Source of the DNA: an uncultured Rhodospirillaceae bacterium
GTDB taxonomy: Bacteria > Pseudomonadota > Alphaproteobacteria > Micavibrionales > UBA2020
NCBI GenBank assembly: GCA_964476835.1
Contig: CAYZCE010000008.1
Span: forward strand, 512 to 64,511
Reading direction: 5' to 3'
Length of the DNA stretch: 64,000 nucleotides
Shown here piece after piece: positions 1 through 8,526 of the stretch. Each line of letters starts with the position of its first letter. Within the stretch, counting starts at the first letter, position 1. The notes below the pieces were generated by a model, which saw only the letters and a program-made list of their open reading frames with translations, was not told where the DNA came from and made no database searches. A program made the translations under genes and the position numbers.

Positions 1-62
1 GGATCCTTCAAGCGTGCCGCGGCGCGGCATGCGTGAATTTAGCACGATTTGGCGCACGCGCG

Positions 63-581
63 CTAGATAAAGGGATCATATGACCATTGCAAAAGCGCCT
101 GCCGCTGGCGCGGGCGGCAGGTCAGGCAGTGCTTTGGGCAATTGATCCTGACTTGCGCGGCGTGGCGGGAGAAGGCGCGCCAGCGCCGGATCTGCGCCGC
201 ATCGACTTTCGGCAAACGGCGGCCCATCCAGTAGCGGCAATACCACTGGAACCAGCCGCGTGGGTCGGGGCCGATGATCCAGCCGTTCGCGCGCCAGACC
301 GGCAGCGGCTGCCGGCTCTTGATGCCGAAATAATTCAGCGACGGATCGGCTGTCTCCGCCGTCTTGGCTTTCTTGAACCATGCCGTGGGGAATTCGTCCT
401 GGCAGTCGTTGCAGTACTTGCCCTCGAAGACGCCGAGCTCGAGCATTTTCTGCGGCGTAAAGTGCGGCGTGAAGCCGGCGTCGAAATCCTTTCCGGCACG
501 CGCGGTCAGGCTGTAAGTGTAATCCTGCTGCATCTTGTCATGCACGTGGATGGTCGTACCGGGCTTGAAGGAAGTCGTCAT
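63..581 (-). CDS. conserved hypothetical protein, Trp/Cys-rich (172 aa)
   Basis: ORF 63..641 trimmed to Met21 (MTTSFKPG...) because the upstream part overlaps the tRNA-Leu at 594-680. Distinctive motifs KYCNDC, GWFQWYCRYWMGRR and CPKHCLTC. I cannot name a family. No clear RBS. Confidence 0.55.
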   Translation of the reverse strand: MTTSFKPGTTIHVHDKMQQDYTYSLTARAGKDFDAGFTPHFTPQKMLELGVFEGKYCNDCQDEFPTAWFKKAKTAETADPSLNYFGIKSRQPLPVWRANGWIIGPDPRGWFQWYCRYWMGRRLPKVDAAQIRRWRAFSRHAAQVRINCPKHCLTCRPRQRQALLQWSYDPFI

Positions 582-593
582 TTTTTTAAGATA

Positions 594-680
594 TGGTGCG
601 GTCGAAAAGACTCGAACTTTCACGGGTCGCCCCGCTACCACCTCAAGGTAGTGCGTCTACCAATTCCGCCACGACCGCAC
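594..680 (-). tRNA. tRNA-Leu (anticodon GAG)
   Basis: The reverse complement reads GTGCGGTCGTGGCGGAATTGGTAGACGC...CTACC-TTGAGGT-GGTAG...long variable arm...GTTCGAGTC...CGACCGCACCA. It has a 7-nt anticodon loop with GAG, an encoded CCA and class II length (87 nt). Confidence 0.9.
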
Positions 681-812
681 ATAGGTACATGGTTATCCTG
701 AGGTGGGATTTCAATAACAGATGCAGCGGGGGGATGCAAGCCTGTTGCGCATTTTATATTATGTATACCTGTTTCCTCCCCCGAATCCCCCCGTTTTTGC
801 TATGGTTGGGGC

Positions 813-1445
813 ATGAGCGGATTCAAAACCACCGAATGGCGCGCTGACGCCGATCCCGTGCCCTACGACAGTGCCGTGGCCTTCATGGAAGGTCGTGCGG
901 CGGCGATTCGCGCGGGCGACGCTGCCGACCTTGTCTGGCTGCTCGAACATCCCGCGCTTTATACGGCCGGCACCAGCGCGAACGATTCCGATTTGCTGAC
1001 CGACAGCCTGCCGGTCTTCCGTACCGGGCGGGGCGGGCAATACACCTATCATGGCCCCGGCCAGCGCGTGGGCTATGTGATGATGGATTTGAACAAGCGT
1101 GGGCAGGATCTGCGCGGCTATATCTGCGACCTTGAAGAATGGATCATCCAGGCGCTTGGCGCGCTTGGCGTGAAGGGCGAGCGTCGTACCGGCCGCGTCG
1201 GCATCTGGGTCGCGCACAACGGGCGCGAGGACAAGGTCGCCGCCATCGGCGTGCGCGTGCGCAAGTGGGTGACGTACCACGGCGTCTCGATCAACCTCGA
1301 CCCCGACCTCTCGCACTTCCGCGGCATCGTGCCCTGCGGCATTTCTCAGCATGGTGTGACGTCGCTCAAAGCACTGGGAATCAATGTCAACATGAACGAC
1401 CTCGACGCCGCGCTGCGCACGTCATGGCAGCAGGTATTCGCATGA
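813..1445 (+). CDS. lipB: octanoyltransferase (lipoyl(octanoyl) transferase) LipB
   Basis: 210 aa. LipB-typical stretches [50 protein letters not shown] and VPCGI. Confidence 0.93.
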   Translation: MSGFKTTEWRADADPVPYDSAVAFMEGRAAAIRAGDAADLVWLLEHPALYTAGTSANDSDLLTDSLPVFRTGRGGQYTYHGPGQRVGYVMMDLNKRGQDLRGYICDLEEWIIQALGALGVKGERRTGRVGIWVAHNGREDKVAAIGVRVRKWVTYHGVSINLDPDLSHFRGIVPCGISQHGVTSLKALGINVNMNDLDAALRTSWQQVFA

Positions 1446-1984
1446 CAGAGATCATCGTCGAGACAACGTCATGGGAGGCGACGACCGGGCGCGTGAAGGT
1501 CGGCGGCCACGTTTTCGACTGCACGCTCGGCCGCGCCGGCGTGATCGCGGCGGATGACAAGCGCGAAGGCGATGGCAAGACGCCGCTCGGCACTTATCCC
1601 TTGCGCCAGTTGATCTGGCGCGCCGACCGCGCGCCGCGTCCCGAGACGCAATTGCCCGTCGAGGAACTGACGCCCGAGACCGGTTGGTGCGAAGATCCCG
1701 CCGACCCTGCTTACAATACGAAAGTCGCGCTGCCGCACACGGGCAGCGTCGACCGCATGACGCGCGACGACCATCTTTACGATTACGTGATCGTCGTCGG
1801 CTACAACGACGCGCCGCCCGTGGCGGGCCGGGGCAGCGCGATTTTCATCCACCTCGCGCGCGAGGCGATGACGCCGACGAAAGGCTGCGTGGGCCTGCGC
1901 CGCGCCGACATGCTGACGCTGTTGAAAGCGTGCGATTCCAACGCGACGCTGACAGTGCTGCCGCCGCCCGATTCTCCGTCTTGA
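1442..1984 (+). CDS. L,D-transpeptidase catalytic-domain (YkuD-like) family protein
   Basis: Start ATG 1442 overlaps the lipB stop (ATGA). 180 aa with [12 protein letters not shown] and SAIFIHLA...TPTKGCVGL (His...[ST]-x-G-C catalytic signature). The longer ORF 1139..1984 is an out-of-frame overlap with lipB. Confidence 0.8.
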   Translation: MTEIIVETTSWEATTGRVKVGGHVFDCTLGRAGVIAADDKREGDGKTPLGTYPLRQLIWRADRAPRPETQLPVEELTPETGWCEDPADPAYNTKVALPHTGSVDRMTRDDHLYDYVIVVGYNDAPPVAGRGSAIFIHLAREAMTPTKGCVGLRRADMLTLLKACDSNATLTVLPPPDSPS

Positions 1985-2043
1985 CCGACAGCGCAAAGGC
2001 TTTATTGTTCCCACATCGATTCCAGCAAAAACAGAGGTGACCC

Positions 2044-2319
2044 ATGGCAAAAGAAAACATCAAGAAGCAAGGCGACAACGTGACCGACATCTCGGGCAAC
2101 CGCCTTAAGTCCTTCATCGAGCGCGTCGAGCGCCTGGAAGGCGAGAAGAAGGCCATCGCCGAGGACATCCGCGACGTCTACAGCGAAGCCAAGGGCACGG
2201 GCTTCGACCCCAAGATCATGCGCAAGATCGTCTCTCTGCGCAAAATGAACCTCGAGAAGCGTCGTGAAGAGCTGGAACTGCTCGAGCTCTACATGTCCGC
2301 GATCGGCATGGCGGAGTAA
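2044..2319 (+). CDS. gapR: GapR-type (DUF2312) nucleoid-associated DNA-binding protein
   Basis: 91 aa. LKSFIERVERLEGEKKAIAEDIRDVYSEAKGTGFDPKIMRKIV is the hallmark DUF2312/GapR core. Confidence 0.85.
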   Translation: MAKENIKKQGDNVTDISGNRLKSFIERVERLEGEKKAIAEDIRDVYSEAKGTGFDPKIMRKIVSLRKMNLEKRREELELLELYMSAIGMAE

Positions 2320-2323
2320 TAAT

Positions 2324-3598
2324 TTGCGCAAGGGGGCGTCCATCGTTGTCCTGATGGCGATGCTGCTGGCGGCTGCGCCGGCGCGCGCCCAAGATGACGA
2401 CAACAAGCCCACTTTCGACCAGGCCAAGGCCTACTACGACAACGGCGATTTCGACAACGCGGCGGGCATCCTCTGGCGCATCGCCGGCGACGGCGACCCG
2501 GCGGCGCAATACTATCTCGGCGTCCTCATGGACAATGGCTGGGGCACGGCGAAGAACACCAACGACGCCGCCAACTGGTTCCGCAAGGCCGCGCAGCAGG
2601 ACTATGCGCCGGCGATGGCCTATCTCGGTTATCTCTACAGCTCTGGCCGCGGCGTGACGAAGGACGAGCGCGCCGGTTTCGACTGGTACGCCAAGGCGGC
2701 GCAGGCGGGCGACCCGGCGGCGCAGAACAACCTTGGCGTCATGCTGCGCGACGGCCGTCCTTACAGCAGGGATTACACGCAGGCGGCGAAGTGGTTTTAC
2801 CTCTCCGCCATGCAGGGCTATGCGCGCGCACAGTTCAACATGGGCGATGCCTACCGCCTCGGCCAAGGCGTCAAGCAATCCGACGCGGACGCGGTCAAGT
2901 GGTACACTTATGCGGCGAAGCAGGGCGACGTCTCCGCCGAAAACGCGCTGGGCGATGCCTACCGCAACGGCCGCGGCGTGGACAAGAGCGGCAGCGAGGC
3001 GCTTGCCTGGTACAACCGCGCCGCCAACCAGGGCAGCGTGGACGCGATGGTCAACGTCGCCAAGATGTACGAGACGATGGAAGGCGACAAGACGCACGGC
3101 CCCGCCGATGCGGCCGTGTGGTACCAAAAGGCGGCGGAGAAGGGCAACGTGCCCGCGATGCATTACCTCGCCAACCTCTATGAAATGGGCATCGGCGTGA
3201 AGCAGGACTATACGCAGGCCGCCATTTGGTACAAGAAGGCCGGCGAGGAAAACAAATTCATGCCGTCGCTGATCGCGCTCGCGCACCTCTACGACAAGGG
3301 GCTGGGCGTCACGCAGAACGCCGACATGGCGCGCAGCCTCTACCAGCGCGGCGCCAATACCGGCGACGGGCAGAGCCAGCTCGCGCTCGCGCGCATGTTC
3401 AAGGAGGGCCGCGGCGGCGAGGTCGACCTGATCGCCGCTTATCAGTGGTTTGCATTGGCGGCCACCGCGCTGCCTGAAGGGCAGGACCGCAACGCCGCCG
3501 TCGTCGGCCGCATCCAGACCGCGAACGCGATGAACGAATCCCAGGTCGCCGAGGCGCGCAAGCGCATCAACGAATTCACGCCGCAGCCGTCGAAATAA
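2324..3598 (+). CDS. secreted Sel1-like repeat (SLR/TPR-like) protein
   Basis: About ten ~36-aa repeats of the type AxxxLGxxYxxGxGVxxDxxxAxxWYxKAAxxG. N-terminus LRKGASIVVLMAMLLAAAPARA-QDD looks like a signal peptide. Proposed TTG start at 2324 has GGAG 7 nt upstream. The start is uncertain (in-frame ATGs at the VLMAM position). Confidence 0.82.
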   Translation: MRKGASIVVLMAMLLAAAPARAQDDDNKPTFDQAKAYYDNGDFDNAAGILWRIAGDGDPAAQYYLGVLMDNGWGTAKNTNDAANWFRKAAQQDYAPAMAYLGYLYSSGRGVTKDERAGFDWYAKAAQAGDPAAQNNLGVMLRDGRPYSRDYTQAAKWFYLSAMQGYARAQFNMGDAYRLGQGVKQSDADAVKWYTYAAKQGDVSAENALGDAYRNGRGVDKSGSEALAWYNRAANQGSVDAMVNVAKMYETMEGDKTHGPADAAVWYQKAAEKGNVPAMHYLANLYEMGIGVKQDYTQAAIWYKKAGEENKFMPSLIALAHLYDKGLGVTQNADMARSLYQRGANTGDGQSQLALARMFKEGRGGEVDLIAAYQWFALAATALPEGQDRNAAVVGRIQTANAMNESQVAEARKRINEFTPQPSK

Positions 3599-3614
3599 CC
3601 GAAGGGGTCTTGCG

Positions 3615-4673
3615 ATGTCCGATTATATCTCGACCTTCCAGACCGTGGCGGCGTCGCTGACGTCGAAGGACTTCAGCGCGACGGACCTCTCCGCGGCGAC
3701 GCGCCGCATCCTGAACAACCTGCAATCCGACATCGGGCAAGTGCACCGCGACAGCGCGATCCTGTTTGCGCCCGGTTCCGCAGGGCCGTTGCCTGCGGGT
3801 CATGCGATCGCGCGGATGTTCGTCCGCTGGCGCAAGGACCCGCCGTCGATGCCCGCGCTGCTGATTGTCGCGGCCGCGCATTTCAACATCCCGGCGGAAA
3901 CGCCCGCGTTCAAGGCCGCGCTGATGGCGGCCGTTGCGGCTGAAGTGCCGAGCCGGCTTCCCTACCACAGCAACCACCACTTCCGCGAAGTGGTCGCCAT
4001 GATGGCGCGCCTGTGCGACGCCAATAACGCGCTCGCGCAGGTCGGCACCGCCGGCACCATGATGCTGTCGCCCGACGACGTCGCGCTCTGCCTGCTCGCC
4101 GCCGTCGGCCACGACCTGCTGCATGACGGCAAGGGCAACGCGCCGCAAGGCAACTGGACGCCCTACAGGCTGGAAGACCGCGCGATTGCGGCGATCGCGC
4201 CGTTCATGGCGGCCGCAGGCGTTTCCGTCCATGACATGGAGTGCGCGCGCGTGATGATCCGCGTCACCGACACTTCCGCCGCGCCCAATGCCGACAGCCC
4301 GCACAAGGTCTTGCGCAAGGTATTCAACGGCGACGCTTCCGTCACCGTGCCGCCCGAACTGGCGGCGCTCATCGGCGACAAGAAATTGCAGACGCTGGCC
4401 GCATTGATGTCGGATGCCGACCTCAGCCCCTCGGGCGCGACCAATTATTTGTTCTGCCGCATGCAGACGCACCTGTTCGCCGCCGAGACGCCGGGCTTCG
4501 TCGCCAGCGACCGCAGCATGGGCGGCTTCCTCGGTTTCGTGCTGGAGAACCGCTTCCTCTCGCACGCGGCGATCGCCGCGTCGCAGCCGTCGCTCTCGAC
4601 GCTGGTGCAGAAAGTCGGCGACCGCATCGCCGCCGGCACGCCGCCGCACCCGAACCGCGCGATCGGCCCTTAA
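3615..4673 (+). CDS. HD-superfamily metal-dependent phosphohydrolase resembling class I 3',5'-cyclic-nucleotide phosphodiesterase catalytic domain
   Basis: 352 aa. The ordered motifs YHSNHHFREV, AAVGHDLLHDGKGN, VTDTS and SDADLSPS mirror the PDEase_I series YHNxxHAxxV / HDxxHxGxxN / TDMS / ADLSN. No signal peptide. Confidence 0.7.
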   Translation: MSDYISTFQTVAASLTSKDFSATDLSAATRRILNNLQSDIGQVHRDSAILFAPGSAGPLPAGHAIARMFVRWRKDPPSMPALLIVAAAHFNIPAETPAFKAALMAAVAAEVPSRLPYHSNHHFREVVAMMARLCDANNALAQVGTAGTMMLSPDDVALCLLAAVGHDLLHDGKGNAPQGNWTPYRLEDRAIAAIAPFMAAAGVSVHDMECARVMIRVTDTSAAPNADSPHKVLRKVFNGDASVTVPPELAALIGDKKLQTLAALMSDADLSPSGATNYLFCRMQTHLFAAETPGFVASDRSMGGFLGFVLENRFLSHAAIAASQPSLSTLVQKVGDRIAAGTPPHPNRAIGP

Positions 4674-5080
4674 GCCAAGATGCTGTTGATGACCGGCCGC
4701 GGCTCCTCGGTGAGCGTGCGGTGCACCGGGCATTTGTCGGCGATCTCGAGCAGGCGCTGGCGTTGCGTGTCGTCGAGGTTCCCTTCCAGCGCGATCGTGC
4801 GCGTGATGATGTCGGCGCGGTTTTCCTTCACGTGCGTCAGGGCGACCGAGATGCGCGTCACATCCCATTTCTTCTGGTTCGCGTACATGCGCAGCGTGAT
4901 CGACGTGCAGGCGCCGAGGGACGAGAGCAGCAGCGCGTACGGCGACGGCCCCGCGTCGCGGCCGCCCGTGGCAAGGGGCTCGTCGCCCGTCCAGCCGTGG
5001 CGCGTGTCGGTGATGGCCTGGGTATAAAGGCCGTCGCCGGTTTCGGTGACGGTGACGGAAAGGCGCGCGGCATCGGTCAT
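4670..5080 (-). CDS. OsmC/Ohr family peroxiredoxin-like protein
   Basis: Trimmed to MTDAARLSV... (137 aa). GGRDAGPSPYALLLSSLGACTSITLRMYA and ADKCPVHRTL are the two conserved Cys regions of the OsmC family. Confidence 0.87.
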   Translation of the reverse strand: MTDAARLSVTVTETGDGLYTQAITDTRHGWTGDEPLATGGRDAGPSPYALLLSSLGACTSITLRMYANQKKWDVTRISVALTHVKENRADIITRTIALEGNLDDTQRQRLLEIADKCPVHRTLTEEPRPVINSILA

Positions 5081-5270
5081 GGTGAATCGGCCTTGTTGTT
5101 GTTCTCCTTGAAATAAGGCCATCCAAACGTACTTTTCAAGGCGAAAACCCCTTTCGGTAATCATATAAAACCCTATCTATATCAATATGTTATATACCAG
5201 TAACCAGATCTTAACTTTGTTTGCATAAAGTGAAAGACGAATAAGGGACTTCCCAATAAGGAGATAAACG

Positions 5271-5660
5271 ATGAGCGACACATATCACTTCCTCAAGACG
5301 ACCGAGCACGATGGTCGCATCATGGCCCTCATGGGCGATGCGGACAGGCTGGGCGGCGAGGCTGGGGTCAGCGCGCTCCGCAGCTCTTTCCGCGCCAATG
5401 CCGCGCCGCACCTGCGCGGCGGGGTGATCCCGATGAGCATCGACCAGCTGCGCGAGCGGCTGCCCGAATTGGAACAGCACGGCATGGTCAAGAGCGCCAG
5501 TGCCTTCCGCCGCGCGATCCAGTGCATCCACGACAAAGACCCGCATGCAGCGCCGGCGGGCCCGAACACGCCGGATAGTGCCAATGGCAGCGTCAGGGAA
5601 ACGCCTGCGGCGCATAAGCCGAAACGCGCCGGCACGCCGCACAGCCCGAAGAATTCTTAA
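5271..5660 (+). CDS. hypothetical protein (129 aa)
   Basis: Strong RBS AAGGAGATAAACG before the ATG, GC3-biased codons, and an intrinsic terminator downstream. No recognisable domain. Confidence 0.62.
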   Translation: MSDTYHFLKTTEHDGRIMALMGDADRLGGEAGVSALRSSFRANAAPHLRGGVIPMSIDQLRERLPELEQHGMVKSASAFRRAIQCIHDKDPHAAPAGPNTPDSANGSVRETPAAHKPKRAGTPHSPKNS

Positions 5661-5687
5661 AAGCCAGCCCTATCTCTCCAAAGATGG

Positions 5688-5722
5688 AACCCGGCGCCGG
5701 TCGCAAGACCCGCCGGGTTTTT
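5688..5722 (+). terminator. rho-independent terminator after hypothetical gene
   Basis: AACCCGGCG (5688-5696) pairs with CGCCGGGTT (5711-5719), followed by a T-run. Confidence 0.6.
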
Positions 5723-5817
5723 CTTCATCCTTTACAAATGGATAGGTGGTGGGTTTTGCGCGGCGGCCAAAACTATGCTATCGGTAAGGCAGTCTTCATC
5801 ACAGGATCTGTATTTTC

Positions 5818-7743
5818 ATGGCGAGCCTTTCCGAACACCTGAACCGCAAGCTGGAGCAGGAACGTGCACACGCGCATCATAAAAGCCCACTCGGCATCAT
5901 GATGCTCGGCGCGCTCGGCGTCGTCTTCGGCGACATCGGGACAAGCCCACTCTACGCCATCCGTGAATCCTTCGTGCAGACCGGCATGCCGGTCGAGCCG
6001 GAAAACATCTTCCGCTTCCTCTCGCTGATCTTCTGGCTGTTGTTCGTCGTGGTGTCGGTCAAGTACGTCACCTTCATCATGCGCGCCAGCAACAAGGGCG
6101 AGGGCGGCGACCTTGCGCTGCTCGCGCTCGTGCTGCGCCTGACGCGTCCCAGCCCGACACTCTTTTATATCATGAGCCTTATCGGCATCCTCGCGGGCAG
6201 CCTGTTCTACGCTGATGCGGTCATTACGCCGGCAATCTCCGTCCTTTCGGCCGTCGAAGGTCTGCAGGTCGTGGCGCCATCGCTGCATACATTCGTCGAG
6301 CCGTTGACCATCCTCATCCTCGTCGGCCTTTTCTCCGGCCAAAAATTCGGCACCGGCAAGATGGGCGGCCTCTTCGGTCCCGTGATGATCGTGTGGTTCT
6401 TCACACTCGGTGCGCTGGGCCTCTGCCAGATCCTGCGCATGCCCGCCGTGCTGCAATCGGTCAATCCGCTTTACGCGCTTGAGTTCATTGTCGGCCACCC
6501 GGCGCTCGCGTTCCTCGCAATGGGCGCGACGGTGCTGTCCGTTACCGGGGTCGAGGCGCTGTATGCCGACATGGGCCACTTCGGCGCCAAGCCGATTCGC
6601 TATGTGTGGTTCCTCATCGTCTGGCCGTGCCTGCTGCTCAACTACTTCGGTCAGGGCGCGCTCTTGATGCAAGACCCGACCGCGCTCGAAAACCCGTTCT
6701 TCCTGCTCGCGCCCAAGGCGCTGTCGGCGCCGCTACTGGTGCTGGCGGCGATGGCGACGGTGATCGCGTCTCAGGCGGTCATCTCCGGCACCTTCTCGCT
6801 GACGCGGCAGGCCGTGCAGCTCGGATATTTGCCGCGCATGCGCATCATGCATACTTCGACGCGTGAGATGGGGCAGATCTACATCCCCTTCGTCAACTGG
6901 CTGGTATTGCTGCTGGTGATTGCGGTGGTCCTGATCTTCAAGTCGTCGTCAGGCCTGGCCGCCGCTTACGGCATCGCCGTCACCGGCGCGATGATGATCG
7001 CGAGCGTGATGGTCTCGATCGTCATGTGGCTCAAGTGGCATTGGAAGTGGTGGCGCATCGCCATGACGGCCGGCCTGTTCTTCTGCATCGACGCGACGCT
7101 CTTCGCCTCCGCCGCGACCAAGGTGATGACGGGCGGCTACGTGCCCTTGTTCCTCGCCAGCCTGATCTTCACCGCGCTCACCACGTGGAAGACCGGCCAG
7201 AAGATCCTCAACGACAAGATGGCGCGTTCCAGCGTCTCGGTCGAGCGCTTCGTCAAAGAAGTGCACAAGAACCCGCCGCTGCGCGTGCCCGGCACCGCCA
7301 TCTACATGACGCCGTGGCATAACGTGGTGCCCGCGGCCCTGCTGCAGAACCTCAAGCACAACAAGGTGCTGCACGAGCGAGTGATCTTCCTCACCGTGAT
7401 CTCGCAGGAAGTGCCTCACGTGCCGCCAGAAAATCGCATTCACGTGTATCAGCTGGGGCAGGACTTCTACCAGCTCGACATCCATACCGGCTTCAAGGAC
7501 GAACCCGACGTGCCCGCCGCGCTGCACCATTGCCAGGTGCGCGGCATGGACTTCGACCATATCCACCAAGCCTCGTTCTTCATGGGCAAGGAAACCGTCG
7601 TCTCCACACCCGAAGAATCCGGCATGGCGCGCTGGCGCGAACACCTGTTTGCGTGGCTGAAGCAGAACGCATCGAGCGCCGTCTCCTACTACAAGATCCC
7701 CTCCGACCGCGTGATCGAGCTGGGCGGGCGGTACGAGATTTAA
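5818..7743 (+). CDS. kup: KUP/HAK/KT family potassium uptake transporter
   Basis: 641 aa polytopic protein with the hallmark GALGVVFGDIGTSPLYA N-terminal motif and a typical cytoplasmic C-terminal domain. Confidence 0.95.
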   Translation: MASLSEHLNRKLEQERAHAHHKSPLGIMMLGALGVVFGDIGTSPLYAIRESFVQTGMPVEPENIFRFLSLIFWLLFVVVSVKYVTFIMRASNKGEGGDLALLALVLRLTRPSPTLFYIMSLIGILAGSLFYADAVITPAISVLSAVEGLQVVAPSLHTFVEPLTILILVGLFSGQKFGTGKMGGLFGPVMIVWFFTLGALGLCQILRMPAVLQSVNPLYALEFIVGHPALAFLAMGATVLSVTGVEALYADMGHFGAKPIRYVWFLIVWPCLLLNYFGQGALLMQDPTALENPFFLLAPKALSAPLLVLAAMATVIASQAVISGTFSLTRQAVQLGYLPRMRIMHTSTREMGQIYIPFVNWLVLLLVIAVVLIFKSSSGLAAAYGIAVTGAMMIASVMVSIVMWLKWHWKWWRIAMTAGLFFCIDATLFASAATKVMTGGYVPLFLASLIFTALTTWKTGQKILNDKMARSSVSVERFVKEVHKNPPLRVPGTAIYMTPWHNVVPAALLQNLKHNKVLHERVIFLTVISQEVPHVPPENRIHVYQLGQDFYQLDIHTGFKDEPDVPAALHHCQVRGMDFDHIHQASFFMGKETVVSTPEESGMARWREHLFAWLKQNASSAVSYYKIPSDRVIELGGRYEI

Positions 7744-7772
7744 GCGGCCTAAGATTCCAGGCTCATAACAAA

Positions 7773-7796
7773 TCACCGCGCCACAGGGCGCGGTGA
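7773..7796 (-). terminator. hairpin terminator for the minus-strand orphan gene (also distal to kup)
   Basis: Perfect 10-bp stem TCACCGCGCC/GGCGCGGTGA with a 4-nt loop. On the minus strand it is followed by TTTGTTAT. There is no T-run on the plus strand. Confidence 0.55.
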
Positions 7797-7820
7797 GGGC
7801 TCGCAGATTGGGTTGGAGCT

Positions 7821-8216
7821 TTAGAGCGACTGAAGGATCTGAGTGACTTTGTCGCTGTAACCCGAAAACTCTTTCGCACGTTTTTTCAGCAGGGGGCGAT
7901 TGATGCTGTTGCCAACGGCGGATGCGGGCTTCCTGGCGACCTCGTCGAAGGACTTCCTGAGGCTATAAAGGATGTCGCGCGTGGTGCGCATGGTCTCCCC
8001 GTTATCTGCGGCCTTTTCAAGGTCGGCCGCAGCTTCGCCGTAAATATTCGCTATCCCCATGTGGTTGTTGAATCCGCCGGAAATTAAAACGCCGATCCGT
8101 TGAAAGATGTTTCCGTTGAGAAAACGATCGTTCTCTTGAGCGACTTTAGCGAGATATTGCTGGCACTTTTCCTGCAGCTGTTCTTTAAGCTTGGCGATCA
8201 TCTGAAGGGAGGACAT
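7821..8216 (-). CDS. hypothetical protein, helical, lower GC than neighbours (132 aa)
   Basis: Trimmed to MSSLQMIAKLKEQ..., where AGGAG lies 9 nt upstream of the ATG (minus strand). No recognisable family. Visibly more AT-rich than the flanking genes. Confidence 0.6.
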   Translation of the reverse strand: MSSLQMIAKLKEQLQEKCQQYLAKVAQENDRFLNGNIFQRIGVLISGGFNNHMGIANIYGEAAADLEKAADNGETMRTTRDILYSLRKSFDEVARKPASAVGNSINRPLLKKRAKEFSGYSDKVTQILQSL

Positions 8217-8390
8217 GCGGCGAATCTCCTTAAAAAATAAAGCGAATGGCGAATGGCGTGAATAATGAACGAAATTCATAATTATGTCAATTAAAAAGTG
8301 TGCGCGGCCTACAGACAGCGGCGGGGAGCCACTTCTTCCTTGCCTCGGGGCTTTTTCTTATGGTACTACCTATCCCGTTCTGATGCGTAT

Positions 8391-8465
8391 GCGCGTGTAG
8401 CTCAGTGGTAGAGCACTGCTTTGACATAGCAGGGGTAGAAAGTTCGATCCTTTCCACGCGCACCA
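8391..8465 (+). tRNA. tRNA-Val (anticodon GAC)
   Basis: GCGCGTGTAGCTCAGTGGTAGAGCA...CTGCT-TTGACAT-AGCAG...GGTAGAAAGTTCGATCCTTTCCACGCGCACCA. Cloverleaf-compatible, with encoded CCA. Confidence 0.9.
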
Positions 8466-8476
8466 TCAGCCCCATG

Positions 8477-8509
8477 AAAAAAGCCGGACCCTTGAGGTCC
8501 GGCTTTTTT
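8477..8509. terminator. bidirectional intrinsic terminator (tRNA-Val / hpf)
   Basis: AAAAAA-GCCGGACC-cttga-GGTCCGGC-TTTTTT. An A-tract and a T-tract flank an 8-bp GC stem between the convergent tRNA-Val and hpf. Confidence 0.78.
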
Positions 8510-8526
8510 CATTCCTGAAACACCGC

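Noticed and set aside
582-641. N-terminal 20-codon extension of ORF 63..641
   Set aside because: It overlaps the tRNA-Leu(GAG) gene (594-680) on the same strand, so the CDS was trimmed to Met21.
2216-5126. Minus-strand ORFs 2216-3286 (356 aa) and 3576-5126 (516 aa) antisense to the Sel1 and PDE-like genes
   Set aside because: Arg/His/Ala-rich shadow ORFs. The second would also run through the well-supported OsmC gene in a different frame.
5747-5762. TGGTGGGTTTTGCGCG upstream of kup with GG-N10-GC spacing
   Set aside because: Only the GG and GC dinucleotides fit. The rest of the -24/-12 consensus is absent, so it is far weaker than the two flagellar promoter hits.
7821-8465. Possible genomic island integrated at tRNA-Val (and likewise at the two tRNA-Leu genes)
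   Set aside because: No integrase and no direct repeat of the tRNA 3' end. The odd-composition gene lies on the 5' side of the tRNA. Only the single orphan gene is flagged.
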